Source: a virus
Taxonomy: Duplodnaviria; Caudoviricetes
IMG/VR virus record: IMGVR_UViG_3300045132_000109
Coordinates: 1 to 36,959 of that record
Strand: one strand, 5' to 3'
Length of the DNA: 36,959 nt
This document shows, piece by piece, positions 1 through 8,308 of this stretch (within the stretch, counting starts at the first letter, position 1; every line of letters starts with the position of its first letter). The notes under the pieces were generated by a model. That model saw nothing but the letters and a program-made list of their open reading frames with translations, was not told where the DNA came from and searched no databases. The position numbers and the translations under genes were made by a program.

Positions 1-1194
1 TTACCGCTTCATTTCGCGCGCCTTAACTCTTGCGTCAGCAAAGCGGCGAGAAGCTTCCAAATTTGCCCTGTCATACCGCTCAGCTGTCGTCCGCGTCGAG
101 GCGTGTCCGGCCACTTTGGCGGCGTCATCTGTGGATACCCCGCCCTCGCGAGCCTCGCTGATTCCGCTGGCTCGCATGTCACGGACCCATACATTCGTCG
201 GTATGCCGGCAGCCTTGCGATCCGCCCGCCACCACTTCGTGAACATCTTGGCGGGATATGGCAATCCTGTGACTTCGTTAACGATCACAGGGCCGACACG
301 GCGATCATCGGGCCAGTGCGCCAACTCATCCATAACCATTGGCGCAGCGGTGAGCGGATACGTCACAGACGCTCCGGTCTTCTCCGATGTCTTGCTCGGC
401 GTGTATCGCAGGACAAGATTGTCGTCGATGTCATCCCATCGCAGCCCGGACCACTTGCCGCGCCTTGGGTCAACTACATCCGAAATGAAGTCGGCGTCGA
501 TCTCTTGCCACTGGCCGATGATGTCCCATAGTCGTAGCGTGCTTTCAAAGGCGATCGCATAAGCCAGCGCAGACGAAGGGCGCCCCGCTGCATGCGCGGC
601 TTTGCGCGCCGCCACCACTTGCGCAGCCGTCAATGTGGCCTCACGCGGTTTTGGAAGCGGCAGTTTTTTCTTGGTCTCGCGAAGGACGTGTTGAAACTCC
701 GCGCAGCCCGGCAAGCGGCACGTCACGCCGTATGTGACGGCGGCGTCGAGGATCGCACGCTGCATCGCGGCGGCGGCGAGATGCTTCCCGCCGTCCGACC
801 ACGCATTGTGCCAGCGCCTTATGTCGGAGCCGGTGATTTCGTCAATGCGCAACTTCCCGATGCCTGCCTCCAATTTGGCCAGATAGTGCTTGTACGGCAC
901 CAACGTGCCGGGGCGCAGCGCCTGAAACGGACTTTCCGGGTCTTTCTGATAGCGGCGCAAGAGCACGCCTAGCGTGCCATTGAACGCCTCTTGGTCGCGT
1001 CGGTAGCCGGTGCGCCATAGATCCATATCGGCCTGGTAAGAGACGCACCTCGCGGCGATGATGTCAGGTGAATCGATGTGCTCCGAGAGGTTGGCCGTCT
1101 TGGGCGTGTAGCCCTGCTTGACTAAAACCTCGTCCGCAACCCAATAGGGCTTGCCTCTGATCCATTTCAGGCCCGGCGCTTTGATCTTTTCCAT
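1..1194 (-). CDS. int: Phage integrase (tyrosine recombinase)
   Basis: Catalytic-type motifs STLR...SKT...RDMRAS...AGH...ERY; likely start MEKIKAPG at 1194 with GAGGAG upstream. Confidence 0.9.
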   Translation of the reverse strand: MEKIKAPGLKWIRGKPYWVADEVLVKQGYTPKTANLSEHIDSPDIIAARCVSYQADMDLWRTGYRRDQEAFNGTLGVLLRRYQKDPESPFQALRPGTLVPYKHYLAKLEAGIGKLRIDEITGSDIRRWHNAWSDGGKHLAAAAMQRAILDAAVTYGVTCRLPGCAEFQHVLRETKKKLPLPKPREATLTAAQVVAARKAAHAAGRPSSALAYAIAFESTLRLWDIIGQWQEIDADFISDVVDPRRGKWSGLRWDDIDDNLVLRYTPSKTSEKTGASVTYPLTAAPMVMDELAHWPDDRRVGPVIVNEVTGLPYPAKMFTKWWRADRKAAGIPTNVWVRDMRASGISEAREGGVSTDDAAKVAGHASTRTTAERYDRANLEASRRFADARVKAREMKR

Positions 1195-1478
1195 ACGCCC
1201 AGGTTCTCCTCGCCACTCGGCGCCCACCCATGATGCGCTCCGGTAAGCCCGATGTAGCTTGCGTAGAATCGACGGACCAGTTCAACCGACCTCCCGCCGT
1301 GGAACGAATCCACCGGCGGGAAGCCCGATTTCGCTGAAATCATCGGGAAGCGGTCGGCAAGCCACTGCTTCGCGCGCTTGCTGCCGACGATCGCGGCAGC
1401 AAGTTCGGCATCCGTCGCAAACATCGGCAGGTTGTCCAGCGGGCGGAACGGCTGGCTGTTGTCATTGGCTGGTTTCAT
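1167..1478 (-). CDS. Putative excisionase / small DNA-binding protein
   Basis: Immediately upstream of and overlapping int; start MKPANDN with ATGA overlap and GGAGG RBS. Confidence 0.6.
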   Translation of the reverse strand: MKPANDNSQPFRPLDNLPMFATDAELAAAIVGSKRAKQWLADRFPMISAKSGFPPVDSFHGGRSVELVRRFYASYIGLTGAHHGWAPSGEENLGVWKRSKRRA

Positions 1479-1696
1479 GTCCCGCCTCCCTTGCTTGCGA
1501 GGGCTTGGCGTCCGGCTGTGGTCCAGCGGAACTCGCGATTGCGACCATCGCCACGATATTCCAGCCAACCCTTGCGTACGAATCGGTCGTAAGATTTCCG
1601 CAAGAAAGGCGGATCGAAGCTCGCCCACTTGTTCGGGCTGCCCGGATCGGCTTCCATCTCCGCGATGAATTCGCCTTCGTGTTCGGTCAGCTTCAC
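1475..1696 (-). CDS. Small winged-helix-like hypothetical protein
   Basis: Coupled start/stop overlaps; wing-like end FRWTTAGRQAL. Confidence 0.65.
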   Translation of the reverse strand: MKLTEHEGEFIAEMEADPGSPNKWASFDPPFLRKSYDRFVRKGWLEYRGDGRNREFRWTTAGRQALASKGGGT

Positions 1697-1932
1697 GGCT
1701 TCTCTCCCTCTGAAAGAGCGGCGCGGCCGGCGGGGGTGATCTGCCAGCCCTTAGGCTCACGGCGCTTCCCACGCCATCCACCGACATATTCTGCAAAGCC
1801 AAGACGTTTGCATGTCTGCCGAACGCGGTCTTCTTTTCGGTCGGCGAGCGGCAATAGAGATCGCGGCGCGGGGCCGGCATGCGTGGCAAGGATGCGCTCC
1901 AACGCACGGCGCTGGTTCCATGTCAGCTTCAT
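1693..1932 (-). CDS. Small winged-helix-like hypothetical protein
   Basis: Start MKLTWNQ at 1932 after GGAGGAAGG; ends WQITPAGRAAL. Confidence 0.65.
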   Translation of the reverse strand: MKLTWNQRRALERILATHAGPAPRSLLPLADRKEDRVRQTCKRLGFAEYVGGWRGKRREPKGWQITPAGRAALSEGEKP

Positions 1933-2369
1933 GCCTTCCTCCCGATGGCGCGGATAGCAGCGGCGATAGGCTGTAAAACTTCGGCGGGGAGATTGAAGAA
2001 GCCGAGTTGGCCTCTGCACGGAATCAGCGGTAGTGCGAACGCATCGCGCAGCACGAAGCCGTAGCGCCCGAAAAACCAGTTGCTGTCCATTTCGGTCACG
2101 CAATCAACAATACGCGCCATGCCGACGACGCCGCCGCGCGGGAGTGCTTTGTCTCGGTCGTCCTCCATATCGAGTTCCGACTTCGAAACTCCGGCGTGAA
2201 CGATAAACCAGCCTCGGCCTTTGGTTGGCCAATCGCGGTTCTCGACATCCTTCCCATCATGGAAAATATGATGCGGGTACGGCTGCTTGATGCTCAGGGC
2301 CTTAATGTCTCCGCGCTCGACACGATCCGCCAGCGGTCGGAGATCAATAGCCTCTCGTGCGTCACTCAT
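1929..2369 (-). CDS. ASCH domain protein
   Basis: KALSIKQPY...GKDVENRDW...GGVVGMA...PCRGQLGFF ASCH signature; start at 2369. Confidence 0.85.
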   Translation of the reverse strand: MSDAREAIDLRPLADRVERGDIKALSIKQPYPHHIFHDGKDVENRDWPTKGRGWFIVHAGVSKSELDMEDDRDKALPRGGVVGMARIVDCVTEMDSNWFFGRYGFVLRDAFALPLIPCRGQLGFFNLPAEVLQPIAAAIRAIGRKA

Positions 2370-3120
2370 GGCGGCCTGCCTCCATCGCGGCCTTGAGGGC
2401 GTCCAGAAGCCGTGCCTCATTGTCGGACCAGTCACGATCTCCGGGGCTATCGGTGTATCCGCATGAGTAGGCCAGCCGCAGAACATCGACCATCGCCTCC
2501 GTCACCGCCTGTTCTGAGGGGCGGAGGAAAAGGGGGCGCTCCTCGGCCTCGTAGTTCGCAACGCGAAAGAACGGCGCACGGCCTTCGGACCAGTCGCTCC
2601 ACGTACCTTTTCGCCCACTGGTCTTGTAAACAGGGCGCGACCGCCATTGCCACGCGGCTGGCTGCTGGCCTTCCGGTGCGGCTGGCTCGACCATCTTCCC
2701 GGCGTCGGCAATATGGTCTGCGGCTGGCTCAAGGGCGGAGAGGGCGGTTTCGATTGCCGCAATGGCAGGCGAGATCAGACCGTCAGCGAAAGTTACTTGA
2801 TCCACCACGCCGTCTGCCTTCAGGTGGCTGTAGGCGTGTCGAAGCTGGGCAAGGTGGTATTCGAGCGCCTTCACCTTCACCGCGCCTGTGCGGGAGAGGG
2901 ATGCGGCGGCGCGGACATGCTCTCCAAGACGATCTAGGGTGGCGTCGTGTTCCTTTCGGAGAAAGCGAAGTTCCTTCGTCAGCCGCTCGTTCTCTGCCTC
3001 CAGTTCGGCAAAGAGGTCGGCGCAGATGTATTCGGTCCAGCCGAAGACGGATTCACTGAGGCAGACAATTCGCCTATCGTCGTATGTGGCCCAAATCTTT
3101 TCAGGTGTATCGTTGCTCAT
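2362..3120 (-). CDS. Phage hypothetical protein (mosaic, coiled coil)
   Basis: Start MSNDTPEKIW at 3120, coupled to neighbours. Confidence 0.7.
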   Translation of the reverse strand: MSNDTPEKIWATYDDRRIVCLSESVFGWTEYICADLFAELEAENERLTKELRFLRKEHDATLDRLGEHVRAAASLSRTGAVKVKALEYHLAQLRHAYSHLKADGVVDQVTFADGLISPAIAAIETALSALEPAADHIADAGKMVEPAAPEGQQPAAWQWRSRPVYKTSGRKGTWSDWSEGRAPFFRVANYEAEERPLFLRPSEQAVTEAMVDVLRLAYSCGYTDSPGDRDWSDNEARLLDALKAAMEAGRHE

Positions 3121-3221
3121 GATTTTCTTCCGCTGACGGCAAGAATTGAAACAATGGCGATGAATGGAAACACCAAAACGGCGACCATCGCCACATCGGG
3201 CCAAGTAGCGCAGGTATTCAT
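3117..3221 (-). CDS. 34-aa single-TM peptide
   Basis: MNTCATWPDVAMVAVLVFPFIAIVSILAVSGRKS; ATGA overlaps at both ends; not in the ORF track. Confidence 0.55.
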   Translation of the reverse strand: MNTCATWPDVAMVAVLVFPFIAIVSILAVSGRKS

Positions 3222-3415
3222 TTCTTATTATCCAAACGTATCTTGTGCCAACTGCGATGGACAGTATCCCATGCGTCAGCCCAGGCGTCTTTTGGGCTAG
3301 CAAAACTAATGTCGTTAAGCTCTCCGTATTTTTCGCTCAGAACAATCCATCCCGTCTTAACTTTGCGAATACGTGCGTCAGGAACTTCGATAAGGACGTG
3401 TGCTTTATTGCTCAT
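3218..3415 (-). CDS. Hypothetical protein (AT-rich)
   Basis: GGAGGG RBS; coupled to neighbours. Confidence 0.65.
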   Translation of the reverse strand: MSNKAHVLIEVPDARIRKVKTGWIVLSEKYGELNDISFASPKDAWADAWDTVHRSWHKIRLDNKK

Positions 3416-3926
3416 GATCTATCGTCCCTCCTGTCTGTGCGCGGCGGGCGTCTTCTGCAGTACGTCGCATGTCATCGACTTTAGACGACCCAATGCGAGG
3501 ATCGCTGTGGCTTCGCTTTATGATATGTCCCAGCGCCTTCAACGCTTCGTCGCGTCGGGCTTCGACGCGCTGGTTTTCTCCTCGAAGAACCTCGTTTGTT
3601 CCTTCGGCATATTCCAGCGCCTGTTGCGTCTCTGCATGGGCGGCGCGTTCGGTGGCGAGGGCGGTGGCGATGACTTTGGTTCCGAACCGCTCGACGTGTT
3701 CGGCATCCATATTCCCGATCACGCCGGATGCGATCTTGAGCGCGATCGCTCGCGCCTCTGTCTGCGCATCCACCAGCCCGCCGACTTCGGCTGGCGTTAT
3801 GGCGCACTGTTGCGCGGCAACAGTCGGGGCGGTGTCGGTGAAGTAAGGCCCATGATCCTCGCCGGTTAGGGCGGCTAGCTTTTCTCCATCAGCAATAAGG
3901 GCGGCCTGCATCTCTTTATCCATCAC
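3405..3926 (-). CDS. Hypothetical coiled-coil protein
   Basis: AGGAGG RBS; fits operon tiling. Confidence 0.7.
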   Translation of the reverse strand: MMDKEMQAALIADGEKLAALTGEDHGPYFTDTAPTVAAQQCAITPAEVGGLVDAQTEARAIALKIASGVIGNMDAEHVERFGTKVIATALATERAAHAETQQALEYAEGTNEVLRGENQRVEARRDEALKALGHIIKRSHSDPRIGSSKVDDMRRTAEDARRAQTGGTIDHEQ

Positions 3927-4174
3927 GCCGCCACCCTCCTATCGCCGCGCTTGCGCCGCCGATTGTCATTGGCAACACGTCTTGCCGCTTCCCGCGCCTG
4001 CGTAACTGCGCCAGGTATCTGCATGCTATCGCCCGTAAGCGACGCCACGGTGCGCGCGATTTCGATTAACTCCCGGCGTGCCGGCGAGGAGCCAGCCATG
4101 CTGACGATCTGATAGGCGCGCGTGCCTTGGGCGATAAACTCGTGGGCGGTTAGGATGTTATGCTGCGATGTCAT
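3923..4174 (-). CDS. Hypothetical protein ending in an ssrA-like tail (ANDN...VAA)
   Basis: GAGGAG RBS at 4182-4187. Confidence 0.7.
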   Translation of the reverse strand: MTSQHNILTAHEFIAQGTRAYQIVSMAGSSPARRELIEIARTVASLTGDSMQIPGAVTQAREAARRVANDNRRRKRGDRRVAA

Positions 4175-4216
4175 TGGTAGTCTCCTCTATTGTGGTGGTG
4201 CGGCTGGTGAGGCCGG

Positions 4217-4456
4217 TTAGGTGCAGGCTGTGTCGTCGGTGGGCCGCATATGCTCAAAGAGCACCCGCCATCGTTCTTCTTCCGACAAGCTCATGAACTG
4301 TCCGAAGGGGCTTTCTTCGTAAGCCTGCCTCTCCATCCATTCAGCGCGCTCCCGCTCGGCGCGCTCCTCTGCGCCGCATGCCGAGCAGATGCTGGATGAG
4401 ATAGGGTTCGTATGCTCTACGCCGCAAACGCGGCAGGGCGACCAGTGCCTTCTCAT
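4217..4456 (-). CDS. Zn-ribbon protein
   Basis: CRVC...CSAC; start at 4456 with ATGA overlap. Confidence 0.65.
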   Translation of the reverse strand: MRRHWSPCRVCGVEHTNPISSSICSACGAEERAERERAEWMERQAYEESPFGQFMSLSEEERWRVLFEHMRPTDDTACT

Positions 4457-4572
4457 GTCGCAGCCGCCATCAGCACGGCAAACATGCCGACGACGAACGC
4501 GGCCATGACAAGGCCGCTGATAAGGGCATGGGCGAGGTTGGCGAGGTGGCCATAAGGCTGGTGGTGGTTCAT
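4453..4572 (-). CDS. 39-aa membrane peptide
   Basis: MNHHQPYGHLANLAHALISGLVMAAFVVGMFAVLMAAAT; coupled at both ends. Confidence 0.5.
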   Translation of the reverse strand: MNHHQPYGHLANLAHALISGLVMAAFVVGMFAVLMAAAT

Positions 4573-4850
4573 GGCCGGCCCTCCGCCTTGGCGATGGCGT
4601 CATTGACGATGTCCCATTCCTCATCGACAAAGCAGCGCCAGTTGTCGCCGCCAGCTACAACCCTCATAGCCTCCAGCAACACAGGTGCGGCGGCTATCAG
4701 GCGGGCCGTTTCTTGCCGGTGCGTGGCCGCAACTTCGTGCCCTCGCTCGTCGAGCACCACATACCGCTCGTAGCCGTACTGGTGCACGGTCCAATCCAGT
4801 GCCCCATTGCGCCCCGCGCAATCTGGCACGGCGTGCTGATGGTCAGTCAT
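4569..4850 (-). CDS. Phage hypothetical protein
   Basis: ARLIAAAPVLLEA...DAIAKAEG motif common in phage early proteins; AGGAGG RBS. Confidence 0.7.
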   Translation of the reverse strand: MTDHQHAVPDCAGRNGALDWTVHQYGYERYVVLDERGHEVAATHRQETARLIAAAPVLLEAMRVVAGGDNWRCFVDEEWDIVNDAIAKAEGRP

Positions 4851-5044
4851 GCCGCCCTCCTGTCGTGGGCGTTCCACGCCGCCTCAATCTCGGCGTTCTT
4901 GTTCGCGTATCCTTCGCGCTCGTTAATGGCGCGGCAGAACAACTCCGCCGCGGCTTTACTGTGCAACGCCCCGATGGCGCGCCCGTTTTCGAGTATCTGG
5001 TAGCCTCCGCGAAACAGCGGGCGGCAGGTCATGAGGCCGCTCAT
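4847..5044 (-). CDS. Hypothetical protein
   Basis: ATGA-coupled on both sides. Confidence 0.6.
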   Translation of the reverse strand: MSGLMTCRPLFRGGYQILENGRAIGALHSKAAAELFCRAINEREGYANKNAEIEAAWNAHDRRAA

Positions 5045-5214
5045 GCCGCCGTCTCCACGCTAACGGTGCGCGGGTCGAAATCCCAATCTTCCTCATGCGC
5101 AGACAGCACCCGCTGGCGCAGCATCCGGTTAATGCGCGCAAGCTGTTGCACAAGGGCCGCGCGTTCGCGCTCAAGGCGCTGCCGCTGGCCGGGGTCAAGG
5201 TTGGTGGTGCGCAT
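5041..5214 (-). CDS. First gene of the PL operon, small coiled-coil protein
   Basis: GAGGAG RBS 7 nt upstream of the ATG at 5214. Confidence 0.6.
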   Translation of the reverse strand: MRTTNLDPGQRQRLERERAALVQQLARINRMLRQRVLSAHEEDWDFDPRTVSVETAA

Positions 5215-5245
5215 GGCGACTCTCCTCATGTGGTGTTCGGTCGCC

Positions 5246-5310
5246 TATCTATGCGTAAACGGGTAAATATGTCAACCGTAGACGCATAACAAAAATCCCG
5301 ACTGCGCATA
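5246..5310 (-). promoter_or_regulatory. PL promoter with three CI operators
   Basis: Minus-strand TTGAC-N17-CATAGAT; 15-bp sites TATGCGTAAACGGGT (5250-5264), TATGCGTCTACGGTT (rc 5274-5288), TATGCGCAGTCGGGA (rc 5296-5310). Confidence 0.75.
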
Positions 5311-5322
5311 TGAGAATCATTA

Positions 5323-5337
5323 GTTCTTGATTTGTTC
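5323..5337 (+). promoter_or_regulatory. Alphaproteobacterial LexA (SOS) box
   Basis: GTTC-TTGATTT-GTTC matches GTTC-N7-GTTC, ~50 bp upstream of the gene at 5386. Confidence 0.75.
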
Positions 5338-5385
5338 TATAATTGGAGTCACGTTGCGGCACCTCAGGCAATGAAGGAGGGCGCA

Positions 5386-5652
5386 ATGAGCGGTGCGGTG
5401 TATGTAATTCAGAGTTTCACACGCGGCGGGAAAGGGGCCTTGCGCGCCGACGCGCCGCTACAGGCGCAGAGCGTCGACCAAGCCCGTCGGCTAGCCGAGC
5501 GGCTGGCCGCGCAGAAGGCGCTCGTCGTCGCAATTGCGCGGCGTGGGGATCCATCTACTGGCGACTACGACGAGGTGGGGCTTATTGCGGCCTTCGGCGA
5601 CGTGCCGGACGAAGTGCGGGAGATGCCGCTATTTGAGGCGGCGGCTGGTTAG
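5386..5652 (+). CDS. SOS-regulated small hypothetical protein
   Basis: AAGGAGG RBS, start MSGAVYVIQSF; convergent with cI. Confidence 0.75.
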   Translation: MSGAVYVIQSFTRGGKGALRADAPLQAQSVDQARRLAERLAAQKALVVAIARRGDPSTGDYDEVGLIAAFGDVPDEVREMPLFEAAAG

Positions 5653-5673
5653 CGTGACGGCCCTACGCAGCGG

Positions 5674-6327
5674 TCAGCGCGCCTCGTACTTGCCGACGAT
5701 CCGGTGGCAGAAAGGCCAGTCTGCGCGGGTTTCCGTAAACTCACGCTCCGGGTTGTACTGCTTCAGGAACCAATCCTGGTCATTGTATCGAACGAGGCGC
5801 TTGACGATTGCCTCCGCTTCGTTCGAGCCCAGCGGCGGTACGTGATACAGCACCACGTTCTTATCGCGTGCGGGCGGCAGGTGGGGGTGAACCAGCGCCA
5901 TGTCGCCGGGTTCGAAAGCCGGGGACATCGATTCCCCGACGATATAAACGCCGTAAGCGTCCTTCACGCTTTCAAGGATAGCGGGGCGCTTCACGTAGTC
6001 GATCGCCTCAAACGTCACGATCTGATGGCCGTCCCCGCCCATCGCGGCGGCATAAACCGGGAAGTTTCGGTCTCCGACAAGCTCGGCACCGGGCACAATC
6101 TCCGGCTTGAACGGTTCAGACAAGGGGACTGGCGTCCGCATCAAAAGAGATTTGGCCGCCGGCACCGTGTCGGCCAGCGCAACAAGACGCATCAGGTTCT
6201 CGCCCCGCGTCTTGCCGCCATGCACCCAGCGGTTCACGGAAGATTGCGTAACTCCCAGCTGGGCGGCAAGGGCTTCCTCGCCGCCGAAGTGGTCAACCAG
6301 AATTTTTGTTAGTGCCGACGTGTCCAT
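5674..6327 (-). CDS. cI: CI-like repressor (XRE HTH + S24 peptidase)
   Basis: HTH LAAQLGVTQSSVNRW; cleavage region AAAMGG; catalytic GESMSP and IVKRL; ATG at 6327 has no RBS (possibly leaderless). Confidence 0.9.
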   Translation of the reverse strand: MDTSALTKILVDHFGGEEALAAQLGVTQSSVNRWVHGGKTRGENLMRLVALADTVPAAKSLLMRTPVPLSEPFKPEIVPGAELVGDRNFPVYAAAMGGDGHQIVTFEAIDYVKRPAILESVKDAYGVYIVGESMSPAFEPGDMALVHPHLPPARDKNVVLYHVPPLGSNEAEAIVKRLVRYNDQDWFLKQYNPEREFTETRADWPFCHRIVGKYEAR

Positions 6328-6362
6328 GAAGAAAGCGCTAACGCATAGCGCGCCGCATGTAA

Positions 6363-6414
6363 AATGCATATACGGGTAAAATTGCTTGACTTGTCCACCC
6401 GTGCGCGCATATAT
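6363..6414 (+). promoter_or_regulatory. PR promoter with two CI operators
   Basis: CTTGAC(6385-6390)-N17-CATATAT; operators AATGCATATACGGGT (6363-6377) and rc TATGCGCGCACGGGT (6397-6411). Confidence 0.75.
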
Positions 6415-6474
6415 GCCATTAACCTTAACGATTAAGGTTACCGATTCGCAAACAGGAAGGGTCAATAGGGCCGC

Positions 6475-6736
6475 ACGCCGCCACCAACGACGTCACCACA
6501 AATGGGGCTGGTTATCCTAAGCGGGCAACCAGCCCACCAAAAAGCAAACGGGGCCTATTGTGCTCGACACCACTCGTTAGCACGGCCCCGTTCTGCGTAA
6601 TGGGCAGGGGGAGGAGATGTTGCCACCTATGACCCCTACCGGTCCGACTTCCCTACCAAGGCAACAATGACATGGCGTCTCACCAGCGCCATGTCAAGCG
6701 CCGCCACACCAGCGGCAACCACGAAAGAGGAGAATC
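6475..6736 (+). ncRNA. Structured PR leader RNA with multiple ACCA/ACCAC-loop hairpins
   Basis: Stems at 6475-6493, 6505-6535, 6547-6592, 6618-6666, 6668-6696 and 6700-6716; no convincing ORF. Confidence 0.55.
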
Positions 6737-6985
6737 ATGAAGCAGGGAATCAGGAAATTGCGAGCGGGCGGCGGGTCCATCCGCCAGATCGCGGCAGCAC
6801 TCGGCATCAGTTACGGTGGCGTATGCCACCATATTTACGGCAGTCGCGGGCGTAAGCGGCCGCGCGCTACGCACAACAGCGTCATCCGGCGCGTCCCGGT
6901 ACTCGGCGCTCAGGGCAGCATGTCTTGCTACGACGTTTTCGTCAGCCTGCCGCGTGTTTCGATTTTGGAGGCGGCACATGCCTAA
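6737..6985 (+). CDS. HTH protein (Cro position)
   Basis: GGSIRQIAAALGISYGGVCHH helix-turn-helix; GAGGAG RBS; first gene of the PR operon. Confidence 0.75.
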   Translation: MKQGIRKLRAGGGSIRQIAAALGISYGGVCHHIYGSRGRKRPRATHNSVIRRVPVLGAQGSMSCYDVFVSLPRVSILEAAHA

Positions 6986-7262
6986 ACCCGACGAAGACTT
7001 CATCGGCATCGGCGATGTCGTCGAGCACAAGATGAACACTAACGTCTTCGGCATCGTGATCGGCTTTGCCGGTAGCGTTGTGTACCTGCGACTGTCGCCC
7101 AGTTTGCGAGTGGCTTCCTTCCACGAATGGGAGCTGCGGCTGCTGGACGACGATGGCGGGCCCGAGCCTGACGAGCCAGCAAGGGCGGATAACGTCGTGC
7201 CGGTGGATTTCACGCGCGGCGTCAAGCTGACCAAGAACACTAAGACCAAGGGCGCGGCGTAG
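6978..7262 (+). CDS. Small SH3/KOW-like protein
   Basis: IGIGDVVEHK...GIVIGF pattern; GGAGG RBS; start at 6978. Confidence 0.65.
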   Translation: MPKPDEDFIGIGDVVEHKMNTNVFGIVIGFAGSVVYLRLSPSLRVASFHEWELRLLDDDGGPEPDEPARADNVVPVDFTRGVKLTKNTKTKGAA

Positions 7263-7312
7263 TGCCCGTAACGGCTGGCTACCAACCAGCGCAACCACAA
7301 GAGGAGATTACC

Positions 7313-8308
7313 ATGAAACTTGAAGTTGGAATGAGGGTGCGGGCGACGTACGGCGGGCTGGATCTCACGAAGGGCAGGGAATACGAGATCGTTGCAGTCG
7401 ACCCCGATGATGTAGACCTGCCAATTCGTATCCGCGACGATGCAGGTGATGTACGGTGGCTCTTTGCTGATAGCTTCGAGCCCCTCACCGAACCCACCAG
7501 CGCCGCCATAACCAACGCGCAGGACGACAAGCCGAAGTTCAAGGTGGGCGATAGGGTGCGCGCCATAAGAAGCACCGACAACGTTGAAAAGGGCGAGACG
7601 TATACCGTACTGGGTTACGCGCGCCCGACCGGTGTCGACCTCTGGGTGATGCTTGATGGTATCCGAGGCTGGACTGACGATGGATCCTACCTTGAGCAGT
7701 ACTTCGAGCCTGCCGGCCTCACCATCCAGCCGGGCAAGCACTACATCACCCGCGACGGGCGGAAGGTGGGGCCAGCAAGGCCAAGCGTCGGCACCGACTA
7801 TCCGTGGTGGGTCGGCGAGTCTACCTACACCGATAGCGGCGAGTGGCTTGATGGCTGCGAAGATGACAACGACCTCGTCGCGGAGGCGGACGAGCCCGCC
7901 AAGGCAGACAACGATTACGGTAGGTCGGTCCTAAAATTCAAGGATGGACGCCTTATCCCTGAATCATCGTCTTTCAGGATGGTCTCCGGTCCAACTCCCC
8001 GCAAGGCCATCGTTTGCCTGATCGAAAGCGGCCAGCCGAAGCCTGCGAACCTGCCACACGTTCATGCATCCACAGCAGCGGCAGAGCGTGAAGCCGCCCG
8101 CCTTGCCTCACGCCACAAGGGCAGAGAGTTCGGTGTCTACGAACTCGTTTCCAGCAAGCGCGAGGAGCCGGCGTACGAGCATGAATGGCAGCGACTAGCC
8201 GCGCGTGGAGAAAAGATCGCTGCGATCCTCCAGCTTCGGCGAGACCACAACTTCCTAAGTCTCCGCTCCGCCAAGGGCTTCGTCGAAGACTTCCTCGACG
8301 CCGCCTAA
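7313..8308 (+). CDS. Multi-domain protein: repeated SH3/KOW-like units plus a C-terminal L7/L12-CTD-like segment
   Basis: KLEVGMRVRA and KFKVGDRVRA repeats; C-terminal GEKIAAILQLR...LSLRSAKGFVE; start at 7313. Confidence 0.75.
   Translation: MKLEVGMRVRATYGGLDLTKGREYEIVAVDPDDVDLPIRIRDDAGDVRWLFADSFEPLTEPTSAAITNAQDDKPKFKVGDRVRAIRSTDNVEKGETYTVLGYARPTGVDLWVMLDGIRGWTDDGSYLEQYFEPAGLTIQPGKHYITRDGRKVGPARPSVGTDYPWWVGESTYTDSGEWLDGCEDDNDLVAEADEPAKADNDYGRSVLKFKDGRLIPESSSFRMVSGPTPRKAIVCLIESGQPKPANLPHVHASTAAAEREAARLASRHKGREFGVYELVSSKREEPAYEHEWQRLAARGEKIAAILQLRRDHNFLSLRSAKGFVEDFLDAA

Noticed and set aside
1-60. attL site
   Set aside because: The window begins at the integrase stop codon; no flanking DNA or second att copy is visible
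6419-6440. Canonical CtrA box
   Set aside because: TTAA spacings are 2, 3 and 9 nt, not 7; kept only as an unexplained palindrome
6328-6465. Extended cI N-terminus from TTG 6465
   Set aside because: Runs through the PR promoter and operators; the HTH begins right after ATG 6327
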